From an uncultured Bacilli bacterium (GTDB lineage Bacteria; Bacillota_I; Bacilli_A; RF39; UBA660), in NCBI GenBank assembly GCA_947628535.1, contig CANRAF010000002.1:41200-105199 (forward strand): 64,000 nucleotides of DNA, written 5' to 3'. Below the pieces are notes generated by a model that saw nothing but the letters and a program-made list of their open reading frames with translations, searched no databases and had not been told where the DNA came from. Below, piece after piece: positions 1 through 9,326 of the stretch (within the stretch, counting starts at the first letter, position 1; the number at the start of each line of letters is the position of its first letter). The position numbers were made by a program, and so were the translations under genes.

Positions 1-19
1 TATATCTTCTACATTTATT

Positions 20-790
20 TTATTCATATATTTTTTCCTCTTCTTGTTTCTTTGCACTACTTTCGAAAACTTTATATCCTTTTTCTTCTATTTCTTGTGC
101 TAAGGTGTAGTCTCCTGTCTTAACTACTTTACATCCCGTAACGATATGAATAAAATCTGGTTTTAAATATTTTAAAATACGACTATAATGAGTAATTAAT
201 AAGATAGAACATTTGGACTCTTTTTTGTATTCAAGTACATTTTCACAGACTAATTTTAAACTATCTATATCAAGCCCAGAATCAAGTTCATCAAGAATTA
301 AAAACTCTGGTTTTAAAGTTTTCATCTGAATTATTTCATTTTTCTTTTTTTCTCCTCCAGAAAAGTTTTGATTAATAGAGCGATGCATCATTTCTTTAGG
401 GAAATTAAGATCTTTATAATTAGTTTCTAATTCTTTTATAAAATCATATAAACCTATTGGAGTCTCTCTTCTACAGTTAATTGCCATTTTTAAAAATTCT
501 TGATTAGTTACTCCTTCAACATCAATTGGATTTTGAAACTGAAGAAATATTCCAAGACGAGCTCTTTCATCTGTTGTTAAATTAAGTATCGATTTTTTAT
601 TTACTAAGATGTCTCCTTTTACTACTTTATAATCACTGCTTCCCATGATGACTTTGGAAAGAGTACTTTTCCCAACACCATTTGGGCCCATAATTACATG
701 TATTTCATCTTTTTTTATATTTAAATTAAATCCCTTAAGGACTGTTTTATCTTTTATTTTTACTTCTAAATCTTTTATTTCGATATCCAT
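20..790 (-). CDS. sufC: Fe-S cluster assembly ATPase SufC (ABC-type ATPase)
   Basis: Walker A GPNGVGKST, ABC signature LSGGEKKKNEI, Walker B ILDELDSGLD. The true start is probably the second Met (MDIEIKDL), preceded by a GGTGA RBS; the ORF-track start at 802 gives an MVIF extension. Confidence 0.85.
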   Translation of the reverse strand: MDIEIKDLEVKIKDKTVLKGFNLNIKKDEIHVIMGPNGVGKSTLSKVIMGSSDYKVVKGDILVNKKSILNLTTDERARLGIFLQFQNPIDVEGVTNQEFLKMAINCRRETPIGLYDFIKELETNYKDLNFPKEMMHRSINQNFSGGEKKKNEIIQMKTLKPEFLILDELDSGLDIDSLKLVCENVLEYKKESKCSILLITHYSRILKYLKPDFIHIVTGCKVVKTGDYTLAQEIEEKGYKVFESSAKKQEEEKIYE

Positions 791-945
791 AAAAATCACC
801 AACTATATTCTACCACTAAAATCTATTTTTCACAATAATTATAAATTGTTTATTATAAGCAATTAATTACAAGGATAGACATTTAATTTTTTATCTTTTC
901 AAAATACTATTTTTAGTATATAATTGTATGGAGGTGATAGATAGT

Positions 946-1326
946 ATGAAAGATGATTGTGTGTTTTGCAAAATAATAAATGGAGAGATTCCTACAAATA
1001 AAATTTATGAAGATGATGAAGTTATTTCTTTTTTAAGTATTGATCCTGTAACTTATGGTCATACATTAATTATACCAAAGAAGCATTTTACTGATTATAC
1101 TGATATTGATTTAGAAACTTTAAACTATATAAATAAAATTGGTAAAAAAATATATAAAATGCTTTGGGAAAATTTAAAATGTGATGGAATGAAACTTGTA
1201 CAAAATAATGGAACACCTCAGGAAGTTAAACATTATCATTTACATCTAATTCCTATTTTTGATAATGAGCCTTCTGGTAAAGATGATTTTGAAAAAGTTT
1301 TAAAGGAAATAAAAAATGGTAACTAA
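946..1326 (+). CDS. HIT-family (histidine triad) nucleotide hydrolase
   Basis: Histidine triad HYHLHLIP and N-terminal CVFCKI motif. RBS GGAGGTGA (931-938) lies 7 nt before the ATG at 946; the ORF-track ATG at 928 falls inside that RBS. Confidence 0.8.
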   Translation: MKDDCVFCKIINGEIPTNKIYEDDEVISFLSIDPVTYGHTLIIPKKHFTDYTDIDLETLNYINKIGKKIYKMLWENLKCDGMKLVQNNGTPQEVKHYHLHLIPIFDNEPSGKDDFEKVLKEIKNGN

Positions 1327-1398
1327 TGTTACCTTTTTATTTTGAATTTTTTAATCATTTATTTTCTAATATAAACCATAATAATAAAGGTGAATATT

Positions 1399-2355
1399 AT
1401 GAAAATAAGACTTGGGTATGTTGATGGACCTTTCTCTCTTCCTATTAGTTATTGCCATACTATTACTTATACAAACTTTAAAAAACTTGATGATAAAGTA
1501 GCTTACTTCAAACTTAAAAATATAGTTAATACTAATCTTGATAATTTTTTAAAAGTGTTAAAATTTAATAAACAAAATAAAATTACTTTTTATAGAATGA
1601 GTCATACTATTGTACCTTTAGCAACTCATAAAGATGTAGATTTTGATTATATAAATTTATTTAAAGAAAAATGGATAAAAATTGGTGATTATATAAAGAT
1701 GAATAATATGAGAGTAGACTCTCATCCAAATCAATATTGTATTTTAAATAGTACTAATAAGGATGTGGTAAATAATAGTTTCGATATTTTAAAATTTAAT
1801 TATAATTTATTTAAGGCAATGGGTATAAAATCAAAAGTAGTTCTTCATATTGGAAGCTTAAATGGTAACAAAGATGATGCTATTAAAAGATTTAAAGAAA
1901 ATTTTTATAAATTAGATAAAAATATTAGAGATATGGTTACTTTAGAAAATGATGATAAAATATTTAATATTGTTGATACTTTAAATCTTTGTGAGGAGTT
2001 AGATATTCCTATGACTTTAGACTATCATCACTATTTATGTAATAAAAATGGTGAAAAATTACATGATTATCTTGATAGAATTATTAATACTTGGAAAAAT
2101 ACTGGTTTAAATCCTAAAATACACTTTTCAACCCCTAAAAATAAGAAAGAATTTAGAAGTCATAGTGATTTTATTGACTATAAATCATTTGTAAAATTTC
2201 TAAATATATTACTACCTTTTAACTGTGATTTTGATATTATGCTTGAATGTAAAGCAAAGGAAGAGGCTCTTTTTAGGCTTTCAAGACAGCTTAAATTTAC
2301 TAAAGGTATAAGTTGTTTAAACACAAGTACTTTTATAATTAAAAAAAGTATATAA
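1399..2355 (+). CDS. uvsE: UV DNA damage endonuclease UvdE/UvsE
   Basis: Begins MKIRLGYV as UvsE proteins do; about 319 aa. RBS AAGGTGA is followed by the ATG at 1399; the track start at 1390 is a GTG. Confidence 0.75.
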   Translation: MKIRLGYVDGPFSLPISYCHTITYTNFKKLDDKVAYFKLKNIVNTNLDNFLKVLKFNKQNKITFYRMSHTIVPLATHKDVDFDYINLFKEKWIKIGDYIKMNNMRVDSHPNQYCILNSTNKDVVNNSFDILKFNYNLFKAMGIKSKVVLHIGSLNGNKDDAIKRFKENFYKLDKNIRDMVTLENDDKIFNIVDTLNLCEELDIPMTLDYHHYLCNKNGEKLHDYLDRIINTWKNTGLNPKIHFSTPKNKKEFRSHSDFIDYKSFVKFLNILLPFNCDFDIMLECKAKEEALFRLSRQLKFTKGISCLNTSTFIIKKSI

Positions 2356-2387
2356 AATTTATATACTTTTATTTACTTATTTTATTA

Positions 2388-2413
2388 AAAAAACGCTACT
2401 TAAGCGTTTTCTT
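2388..2413. terminator. bidirectional rho-independent terminator between convergent uvsE and rbfA
   Basis: Stem AAACGCT, loop ACTTA, stem AGCGTTT, flanked by an A-run upstream and a T-run downstream. The hairpin overlaps the rbfA stop codon. Confidence 0.5.
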
Positions 2414-2747
2414 TGTCATTTATTTCTTTTATTTTTCTTTCGATATTTTCCCCATATTCAATAGATGTATCATAATGAAAACTTATTTGGGGCATTTTTC
2501 TTATTTGAATATTTTTAGAAAGTTCAATTTCAATAAAGTTTGCTGCACTATTTAGGGCAGATTCTATTTCATCTTTATTTTCTCTATTTAAACAAGTAAA
2601 GTATACTTTAGCAAATGATAAATCATTAGTAACATCACAATCTGTAATAGTTGCATCTTTGGCTTTAGGATTTTTTACATCCTCTAAAATAATTCTACTT
2701 ATTTCTCTTACAAATAAGCTACCTATTTTTTGTGATTTAATACTCAT
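2400..2747 (-). CDS. rbfA: ribosome-binding factor A
   Basis: 115-aa ORF immediately downstream of infB with a 4-nt overlap, as in the conserved nusA-infB-rbfA operon. Confidence 0.8.
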   Translation of the reverse strand: MSIKSQKIGSLFVREISRIILEDVKNPKAKDATITDCDVTNDLSFAKVYFTCLNRENKDEIESALNSAANFIEIELSKNIQIRKMPQISFHYDTSIEYGENIERKIKEINDKENA

Positions 2748-4861
2748 CTTTTTACCTCTTCTAAAGTATAGACTTCTAAAATGTCTCCTTCTTTAATATC
2801 GTTAAAGTTTTCTATTGTTATACCACATTCTATACCTTTTTTAACTTCATTTGCTTTTTCTTTACCTCTTTGAAGTGATGCAATAATACCATCATAGATT
2901 ACTATTCCATCTCTTACTACTCTAACTTTATCAGCATTTTTTACTACTCCATCAGTTACAAAGCAACCTGCAATAGTACCAACTTTAGAGAATTTAAACA
3001 ATTGTCTTACTTCTACTGTTCCTAAAACTTTTTCTTTATATTCAGGATCTAACATACCAATTATTGCATCTTCAAGTTCTTCAATTATTTTATAGATTAC
3101 GCTGTGAAGTCTAATATCAACTCCATATTCTTTAGCAAGTTCTACTGTTTTACTATTTGGTCTTACATTAAATCCAATTACAATAGCATGAGAAGCATTG
3201 GCTAAAACTATATCACTTTCTGTTATAGTTCCTACTCCACTTCTAATTACTTCTACTTTTACATCATGAGAATCAATTTTAGAAAGGGATTGTTTGATTG
3301 CTTCTTCACTACCTTTTACATCAGTTTTTAAAACAACACTTATTTTTTTTGTACCTTCTTTTACTTTGCTGAATAAATCTTCTAAAGTCATACCAGAACG
3401 ATTAGTATTCTCATCTTTTGCTCTTAATTTTCTATCTTCTGAAACTTTTCTTGCTTCTTTTTCTGTTTCAAATGCCATGAAACGATCACCAGCTACAGGA
3501 AGTTCATTTAATCCAGTAATTTCTACAGGCATACTTGGACCTGCCATTGCTATATTTTCGCCTTTATCATTTTTTAAGGTTCTTACTTTACCATATTCAG
3601 TTCCTACTACAATAGGATCACCAAGTCTTAAAGTACCATTTTGAATTAAAAGGGTTACGATAGATCCAATATTTTTATCAAGTCTCGCTTCAATTACAGA
3701 TCCTGTAGCATAACGATTAGGATTGGCCTTTAAATCATTCATTTCTGCTACTAATAAAATATTTTCTAAAAGTTCATCAATACCTACTTTAGTTTTAGCA
3801 GATATTTTATTTACTAAAGTATCTCCGCCCCACTCTTCAGGAGTAAGTCCAGCTTCTGATAACTCTGTTAAAACTTTTTCTGGATTAGCATTTGGAAGAT
3901 CAATTTTATTTATCGCTACAATTATTGGAACATTAGCAGCTTTAGCATGATCTATTGCTTCAACTGTTTGAGGTTTTACTCCATCTTCTGCTGAAACTAT
4001 AATAATTACAATATCAGTAACAGAGGCCCCACGAGCTCTCATTTCAGTAAAAGCAGCATGACCAGGAGTGTCAATAAAGGTTATAAGTTTTTCTCCTACT
4101 TTTACTTGATATGCTCCAATGTGCTGAGTTATTCCACCTGCTTCACCACTTACTACACTTGTTTTTCTAATAGCATCAAGAAGTGATGTTTTACCGTGAT
4201 CAACATGTCCCATAATTGTTACTACAGGTGGTCTTTCTACTAAATCTTCTTCTTTATCGATTATTTCGTATTCTTCAAAATTTGATATATCTCTTGTTTC
4301 TTCTTTTTTTAACTCTTTTCCATAGTCAATTACTAAAAGTTCAGCAGTTTGAAAATCTAAACTTTGATTTAAATTAGCCAGTGCTCCGAGATCAAATAAT
4401 TTTTTTATTAAACTCGCAGAATTTTCGTTTAGAGAATCTGCTAAATCTTTAACTGTCATTCCTTCTTTATATAGAACTATCTTTTCTTCTTCACTACTAT
4501 TAGTTTTTAACTTTTCTTTATGTTTATATAAATCTTTTTTAGCCTTTAAATATTCTTTATTATCCATTTTTTTAGAAACTGGTTTCTTTTTCATTTTGAC
4601 ATGACTTTTATCTTGAACTGATTCTATTCTTAAATCTTTTTCAAGTTCATCGTCATCTACTACCTCATCGTCTTCTTCTATTTCTTTATCTTCATCTATA
4701 GAATCCTCTTCTTTTGCGAGTTCATTATCTAATAATATGATATCTTCTTCACTTAGTAAATCGTCAGAATTTTTAGCTTCAATACCAAGTTTTTCACATA
4801 GTGCTAATATTTCTTTTTCGTCTTTTGAAACATCTATAGCATATTCTTTCACATTCATCAT
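2744..4861 (-). CDS. infB: translation initiation factor IF-2
   Basis: 705 aa. GTPase motifs GHVDHGKTSLLD, DTPGH and NKID; acidic and lysine-rich N-terminal region. Confidence 0.95.
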   Translation of the reverse strand: MMNVKEYAIDVSKDEKEILALCEKLGIEAKNSDDLLSEEDIILLDNELAKEEDSIDEDKEIEEDDEVVDDDELEKDLRIESVQDKSHVKMKKKPVSKKMDNKEYLKAKKDLYKHKEKLKTNSSEEEKIVLYKEGMTVKDLADSLNENSASLIKKLFDLGALANLNQSLDFQTAELLVIDYGKELKKEETRDISNFEEYEIIDKEEDLVERPPVVTIMGHVDHGKTSLLDAIRKTSVVSGEAGGITQHIGAYQVKVGEKLITFIDTPGHAAFTEMRARGASVTDIVIIIVSAEDGVKPQTVEAIDHAKAANVPIIVAINKIDLPNANPEKVLTELSEAGLTPEEWGGDTLVNKISAKTKVGIDELLENILLVAEMNDLKANPNRYATGSVIEARLDKNIGSIVTLLIQNGTLRLGDPIVVGTEYGKVRTLKNDKGENIAMAGPSMPVEITGLNELPVAGDRFMAFETEKEARKVSEDRKLRAKDENTNRSGMTLEDLFSKVKEGTKKISVVLKTDVKGSEEAIKQSLSKIDSHDVKVEVIRSGVGTITESDIVLANASHAIVIGFNVRPNSKTVELAKEYGVDIRLHSVIYKIIEELEDAIIGMLDPEYKEKVLGTVEVRQLFKFSKVGTIAGCFVTDGVVKNADKVRVVRDGIVIYDGIIASLQRGKEKANEVKKGIECGITIENFNDIKEGDILEVYTLEEVKR

Positions 4862-4887
4862 AATAAATCACCACTTTCTTTTATTTT

Positions 4888-5145
4888 TTAACACATTTTT
4901 TCAAGTTCATCATAAATGGCTTCCGGTACTTTGACTTCAAGATGTTTTTCTAAAATTTTAGAATCTCTAGCTTTTTTTATAACATCTTTATCAAGTTTTA
5001 AATAAGCACCGCGTCCATTTGCTTTTCCTTTTTCATCTATTATTATTTCTTTTTCTGGTGTTCTAACTACTCTTATAAGTTCTTTTTTAGGACATTTTTC
5101 ATTAGTTACAACACAGGTTCTCATTGGAATTTTTACATTTTTCAT
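4888..5145 (-). CDS. ylxR: YlxR/RnpM-family RNA-binding protein (DUF448)
   Basis: 85 aa with conserved MRTCVV...GRGAY motifs. Located between nusA and infB as in other Bacillota. Confidence 0.75.
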   Translation of the reverse strand: MKNVKIPMRTCVVTNEKCPKKELIRVVRTPEKEIIIDEKGKANGRGAYLKLDKDVIKKARDSKILEKHLEVKVPEAIYDELEKMC

Positions 5146-5146
5146 A

Positions 5147-6217
5147 TTATTCCCCTACTTTAATACTTATGCCCATTTCTTTAACTTGTTCGCTATTTTT
5201 TACATCAATTTTATACTTTGTAAGACGAGATGCTAAGCGAACGTTTTGTCCTTTTTTACCAAGTGCAAGTGAAAAATCATCTCCATCTGCAATGGCAAGT
5301 GCTTCTCCTTTTTTAGGATCTAATATATAAACTTGAACGTTTTTAGCAGGATTAAGAGCATTTTTTATAAATTCTTCTTTATTTTCAGAATACTTGATAA
5401 TGTCTAATTTTTCTCCTGATAATTCTTTAATTATATTAGATATTCTAGAGCCTTTTTCTCCGATGCAGCAACCAATTGGATCAATGTTTGCATATTCTGA
5501 GTAAACAGCAACTTTTGATCTTGAACCAGCATCTCTTGCAACACCATAAATCATAACAGAACCATCTGCGAGTTCTGGTATTTCAAGTTCAAATAGTCTT
5601 TTTACAAAATTATAATGACTTCTTGATAAAAGAATTATTGTTCCTTTGGTATTTGAATTTACTTTAGTAACGTATGCTTTAATAGTTGATCCCATTTCTA
5701 TTTTTTCATCACCAATTAATTCTGATTTTGGAAGTATTCCATTAGTTCTTCCTAAATCAATATAATAGTTGTTTTCATCTTCTAAAGCTACTGCTCCAGA
5801 AACTAATTCTCCTTCTTTATCTTGAAATTCTAAAATTAAACTATTTCTTTCTGCTTCTCTTATTTTTTGAATTACAACTTGTTTAGCAGTTGAAGCTGCA
5901 ACACGTCCAAAATTATCTGGTGTTACTTCTTCTTCAATTGTACTTCCTATTTCTAATGTTTTATCTATTTTTTTAGCATCTTCTAAAGAAATTTCTACTT
6001 CATCATCTTCTACTTCTTCAACAACTGTTTTATAAGAATAAATTTTTATTTCTCCTGTTTCTTTGTTAATATTTATTTTAGCATTAGTACGAGAATTAAA
6101 ATTTTTCTTGTATGCTGAAAGTAAAGCTTGTTCCATAGTTTCAAAAATATAATCACGGTCGATATGCTTTTCTTTTTCAAGCAAATCCACGGCATTTAAA
6201 AATTCTTTACCATTCAT
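5147..6217 (-). CDS. nusA: transcription termination/antitermination factor NusA
   Basis: 356 aa with an S1 and two KH domains (GxxG: GEKGSRI, GKKGQNV). Overlaps the rimP stop by 1 nt. Confidence 0.9.
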   Translation of the reverse strand: MNGKEFLNAVDLLEKEKHIDRDYIFETMEQALLSAYKKNFNSRTNAKININKETGEIKIYSYKTVVEEVEDDEVEISLEDAKKIDKTLEIGSTIEEEVTPDNFGRVAASTAKQVVIQKIREAERNSLILEFQDKEGELVSGAVALEDENNYYIDLGRTNGILPKSELIGDEKIEMGSTIKAYVTKVNSNTKGTIILLSRSHYNFVKRLFELEIPELADGSVMIYGVARDAGSRSKVAVYSEYANIDPIGCCIGEKGSRISNIIKELSGEKLDIIKYSENKEEFIKNALNPAKNVQVYILDPKKGEALAIADGDDFSLALGKKGQNVRLASRLTKYKIDVKNSEQVKEMGISIKVGE

Positions 6218-6456
6218 TATTTACTTCCTCCTTTTTCTTTACTTGATACATCAAGAATGTATTTTTCTTTAATAAAATCTTCTTTATCTAAAATTTTATT
6301 AATTATATTAGTAGCTTCAACTATTTTATCAATATTTAAAATTTCTTCACTATCTAATATTATGTTTAAACTACCCTTTTCATAATTTATAGTATCTACT
6401 GTAATATTAATTTTTTCTAAAGGTTTTTCTATTTTTGTTTTTATTTTATCAATCAT
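6217..6456 (-). CDS. rimP: ribosome maturation factor RimP, unusually short (N-terminal domain only)
   Basis: RimP-like YILDVSSKEKGG motif, comparable to Y-LEVSSPG. RBS GGGAGG precedes the ATG at 6456; the track start at 6480 is a TTG. Only about 79 aa, versus about 150 aa for typical RimP. Confidence 0.6.
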   Translation of the reverse strand: MIDKIKTKIEKPLEKINITVDTINYEKGSLNIILDSEEILNIDKIVEATNIINKILDKEDFIKEKYILDVSSKEKGGSK

Positions 6457-6559
6457 ACTTCCTCCCTTAAAACAAGACAAAAGTGGGTTTTGCCCACTTC
6501 GTTGTACTTAGATTATAACATATATTAAATAAAATGCAAAGTTTTTTAGTATTTTTTAT

Positions 6560-6847
6560 TTAACTTGTTATGTAATCGTGATAACCTCCGAGAACATTTA
6601 CGACTTTATATCCCATATTATCTAATTTTGAACAAGTTTTTACACTTTCCATTCCTTGAGTACAGTATATATAATATTCTTTTGATTTATCTAAATATTT
6701 GCTTGGATCCATAAGTAGAAAATTATTTGGTATGTTTTTACTACTTGGAATGGATCCTAAATTATATAAATAATTTTTTCTAATATCTATTATATTTACT
6801 CTACCAACCATTCCTTTTAATTCACTTGCTTTTATGCTTTTATACAT
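6560..6847 (-). CDS. single-domain rhodanese-like sulfurtransferase
   Basis: 95 aa. Active-site cysteine loop YCTQGMES. Confidence 0.6.
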   Translation of the reverse strand: MYKSIKASELKGMVGRVNIIDIRKNYLYNLGSIPSSKNIPNNFLLMDPSKYLDKSKEYYIYCTQGMESVKTCSKLDNMGYKVVNVLGGYHDYITS

Positions 6848-6949
6848 AAATACTCCTCCTTTGTTATTTTATGAAAAAGTGAAAAAAATGATTGTATGAG
6901 CAATTTATATTTAGAAAAATAAATATTTTATATTTTTTGTTAAACTATT

Positions 6950-6982
6950 AAAAAACCCTTGAAATATAATAATTTCAAAGGT
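6950..6982 (-). terminator. rho-independent terminator after the T4SS coupling-protein gene
   Basis: Imperfect 9-10-bp stem CC(C)TTGAAAT ... ATTTCAAAGG, followed on the minus strand by TTTTTT. Confidence 0.5.
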
Positions 6983-6991
6983 TTATAATTT

Positions 6992-9301
6992 TTATTCATC
7001 AAAGAAATCATCAAAGAATTGATCATCAGTTACTTTAAATTTAGAAACTTCTGAATCCTTTACTGGTTCTGCTTTTTTCATTTCTGGTATATTTTGCTTA
7101 TGTGGTATAGAATTTATCTCAGGAGCTTCTTCACTGTGAACTGTTATATTTGGCTTGCTATTTAAATCAGATTGTTCTTCTTTAGGATTTACATTATTTA
7201 TAAATCCGGCGAGCATAGTAGGTGCTATATCAGAAGCAGGAGAATTTTTTAAATCCGGTTTTTCTTCTTTTGTTTCCTCTATTTTGCTTTCTTCAGTTTC
7301 AGTTTTAATTTCTTCTTTAACTTCAGTTTGTTTCTTCTTTTTTTCGGCCTCTTTTGCCTTTAATTTTTCTGCTTCTTCTTGTTCTTCTTTTTCAAGTTCT
7401 GCTATTTTAGCATCTATTTTTTTGACTAAATCATCAACATTTAATGGTTCTTGGGTATCATGACTATTATTTACACTATTATTTGTCTTTAAGGCTTCAA
7501 AAGGATTATCAAATGGAGGCATCATTCCTCCAGGTATACCTGGCATAGAAGGTGCTCCTGCCATATTCATGAATTTATCTTTTCTTTTATTTTTCATAAA
7601 CTCTTTTAAATTAAAAACTTTAACATCCTTTTTTTCTCTTTCAACAAATGGATCAGCTTCAATTTTAGGTGATCCCCAATCTATTTCAAAATTAGGTTTA
7701 AGCCTTGTTTTATAAGGATTTAATCTAATTCTTTTAACTATTGCTTCAAACTTTTTCATTCTTTGAAGATCTGCTACTGTTGCAAGAGGACGAGTTTCTT
7801 CTCTTTCTTTTTCTCCTTTTCCTACTTTTACAATCTTATCTCCACATAACTCGCTTATTTCTTTAAGAGCTGCAAGTTCTGTAGTAAGCAGGTAAAGTAA
7901 ATTATTACAGTTACTTCTGATAGTTTGAGCATCTTCTTTTCCATAAACTGCATCTAATTGAGCAAAGTTTTGAATAATCATCGTAAATCTAATTAGTCTA
8001 GATCTAGCCGCAGTAATCATTGTTGTTATGTCCTTTAAAGGTGGCATATTAGCAAACTCATCTAGAATAAAGTTTGTTCTAATAGGAAGCTCTCCTTTTG
8101 GAGAATTTTGAGCAGTATCAATTAAAGATTCATAACATTGTTTGATAAAGATAGTTGCTAAGGCGTGATAAGTTTTCTTTTCATCTTGGATTATCATAAA
8201 AACTGCTGTTTTTTTCTTACCAATTGTATCAATATCAAAATCATTTTGAGAAAGCATTTCTGATAAGTTTTCACGTGATGAGAAAAGACGAATTTTTTGT
8301 CTAAATGTAGATAAAATAGAACCTTTTGTTTCTTCTGGTGCAAAAATTGTACCAGATGCACAGGTATAAGCAGCACCTGCAGGATCTTTATCGTTAAAGT
8401 ACTCTTTAATATAGGTGCTTCTGGCCCCAAACTTTTCTTCTCCAACTGTTGTCATAAGTGAAATACTATTAATATTTATTTCTTCTTCTTTAGCATCTTC
8501 AAAAAGCCCTAAAGCAAGTCCCGCAAAATAATCTGCTGAGGTTTTTTCCCAGAATGGATCTTTATTAGCACTTGATTCTTCATATAGAATATTAGCTGCT
8601 AAATCATCTAAAAGTTCCATAGCTTTATCAGTATTACCTTCTTTGTATAACTTATATGGAAGATGAAGCGGATTCCAAGTATTACCACGTTGTGGATCAC
8701 GGAAATTTAAAACAAGTATTTGGTATCCTCTTTGTTTTAAAAGGCCGGCACTTTCACGGTAAATTTCACCCTTAGGATCTGTTACAATCATTGATTCACC
8801 CTTTTTAGCAAGTATTTTTACTAATGGATGAATTATACACTGAGTTTTACCTGTACCAGTAGAACCAATTACTAAGTTGTGACTTTCTCCATCATCTACC
8901 CATAATTTTTGACCATTACTTACAATTGGAAATCCAGCATGTTCATAATTTTCATCACTAACATCAAGTTCTGATAAAGTTTTTTTCATTTCTTTATCAG
9001 TACACCATCTTGAAAAACCTTTTTCATCTTTTGGTTCAGATGAAATACCAAAACCCTTTTCCTGTTCAAAGAAGTAATTCTTTACTGTTGCAAACAAGAA
9101 AACCATGGCGAAGGCATAAAAAACGATAACTGCTGGTAAATTTTCAACTAGTGCTGTAAATGGATTAAGCCCGGCAAATGTTCCTTCATTAGCAAATGAA
9201 GAAATATTATTAACTAAAATTGATACTACTATTAAAAGAAGTAGTGCAAAAAGTGCAAATATCATCCAGTCTTGTGCTGAAGCTTTAAATTTTAGTTTCA
9301 T
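6992..9301 (-). CDS. type IV secretion coupling protein (VirD4/TraG/PcfC-like T4CP)
   Basis: Two N-terminal TM helices; Walker A LVIGSTGTGKT; Walker B FILDEFANM. About 230-aa K/E-rich low-complexity C-terminal tail ending DDQFFDDFFDE. RBS AAGGGAGGG. Confidence 0.8.
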   Translation of the reverse strand: MKLKFKASAQDWMIFALFALLLLIVVSILVNNISSFANEGTFAGLNPFTALVENLPAVIVFYAFAMVFLFATVKNYFFEQEKGFGISSEPKDEKGFSRWCTDKEMKKTLSELDVSDENYEHAGFPIVSNGQKLWVDDGESHNLVIGSTGTGKTQCIIHPLVKILAKKGESMIVTDPKGEIYRESAGLLKQRGYQILVLNFRDPQRGNTWNPLHLPYKLYKEGNTDKAMELLDDLAANILYEESSANKDPFWEKTSADYFAGLALGLFEDAKEEEININSISLMTTVGEEKFGARSTYIKEYFNDKDPAGAAYTCASGTIFAPEETKGSILSTFRQKIRLFSSRENLSEMLSQNDFDIDTIGKKKTAVFMIIQDEKKTYHALATIFIKQCYESLIDTAQNSPKGELPIRTNFILDEFANMPPLKDITTMITAARSRLIRFTMIIQNFAQLDAVYGKEDAQTIRSNCNNLLYLLTTELAALKEISELCGDKIVKVGKGEKEREETRPLATVADLQRMKKFEAIVKRIRLNPYKTRLKPNFEIDWGSPKIEADPFVEREKKDVKVFNLKEFMKNKRKDKFMNMAGAPSMPGIPGGMMPPFDNPFEALKTNNSVNNSHDTQEPLNVDDLVKKIDAKIAELEKEEQEEAEKLKAKEAEKKKKQTEVKEEIKTETEESKIEETKEEKPDLKNSPASDIAPTMLAGFINNVNPKEEQSDLNSKPNITVHSEEAPEINSIPHKQNIPEMKKAEPVKDSEVSKFKVTDDQFFDDFFDE

Positions 9302-9326
9302 AGTTTACCCTCCCTTGGTTTATTTA

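Noticed and set aside
790-802. Recurrent N-terminal 'MVIFMD' (sufC, tmcAL) and 'M(V/I)I(F/K)M' extensions as a conserved leader peptide
   Set aside because: They come from the ORF caller starting at an ATG/GTG inside or before the RBS (TTGGTGATTTTTATGGAT occurs at both loci); the true starts are the downstream Met.
3294-3950. Antisense ORFs inside infB (3294..3644, 3723..3950), and similar ones inside other long genes (7155..7463, 8194..8445, 12798..13097, 13722..14109, 44005..44763, 51100..51402, 58755..59015, 62605..63195)
   Set aside because: Low-complexity S/L/F/I-rich translations lying entirely within well-supported genes on the opposite strand; typical shadow ORFs of an AT-rich genome with no RBS support.
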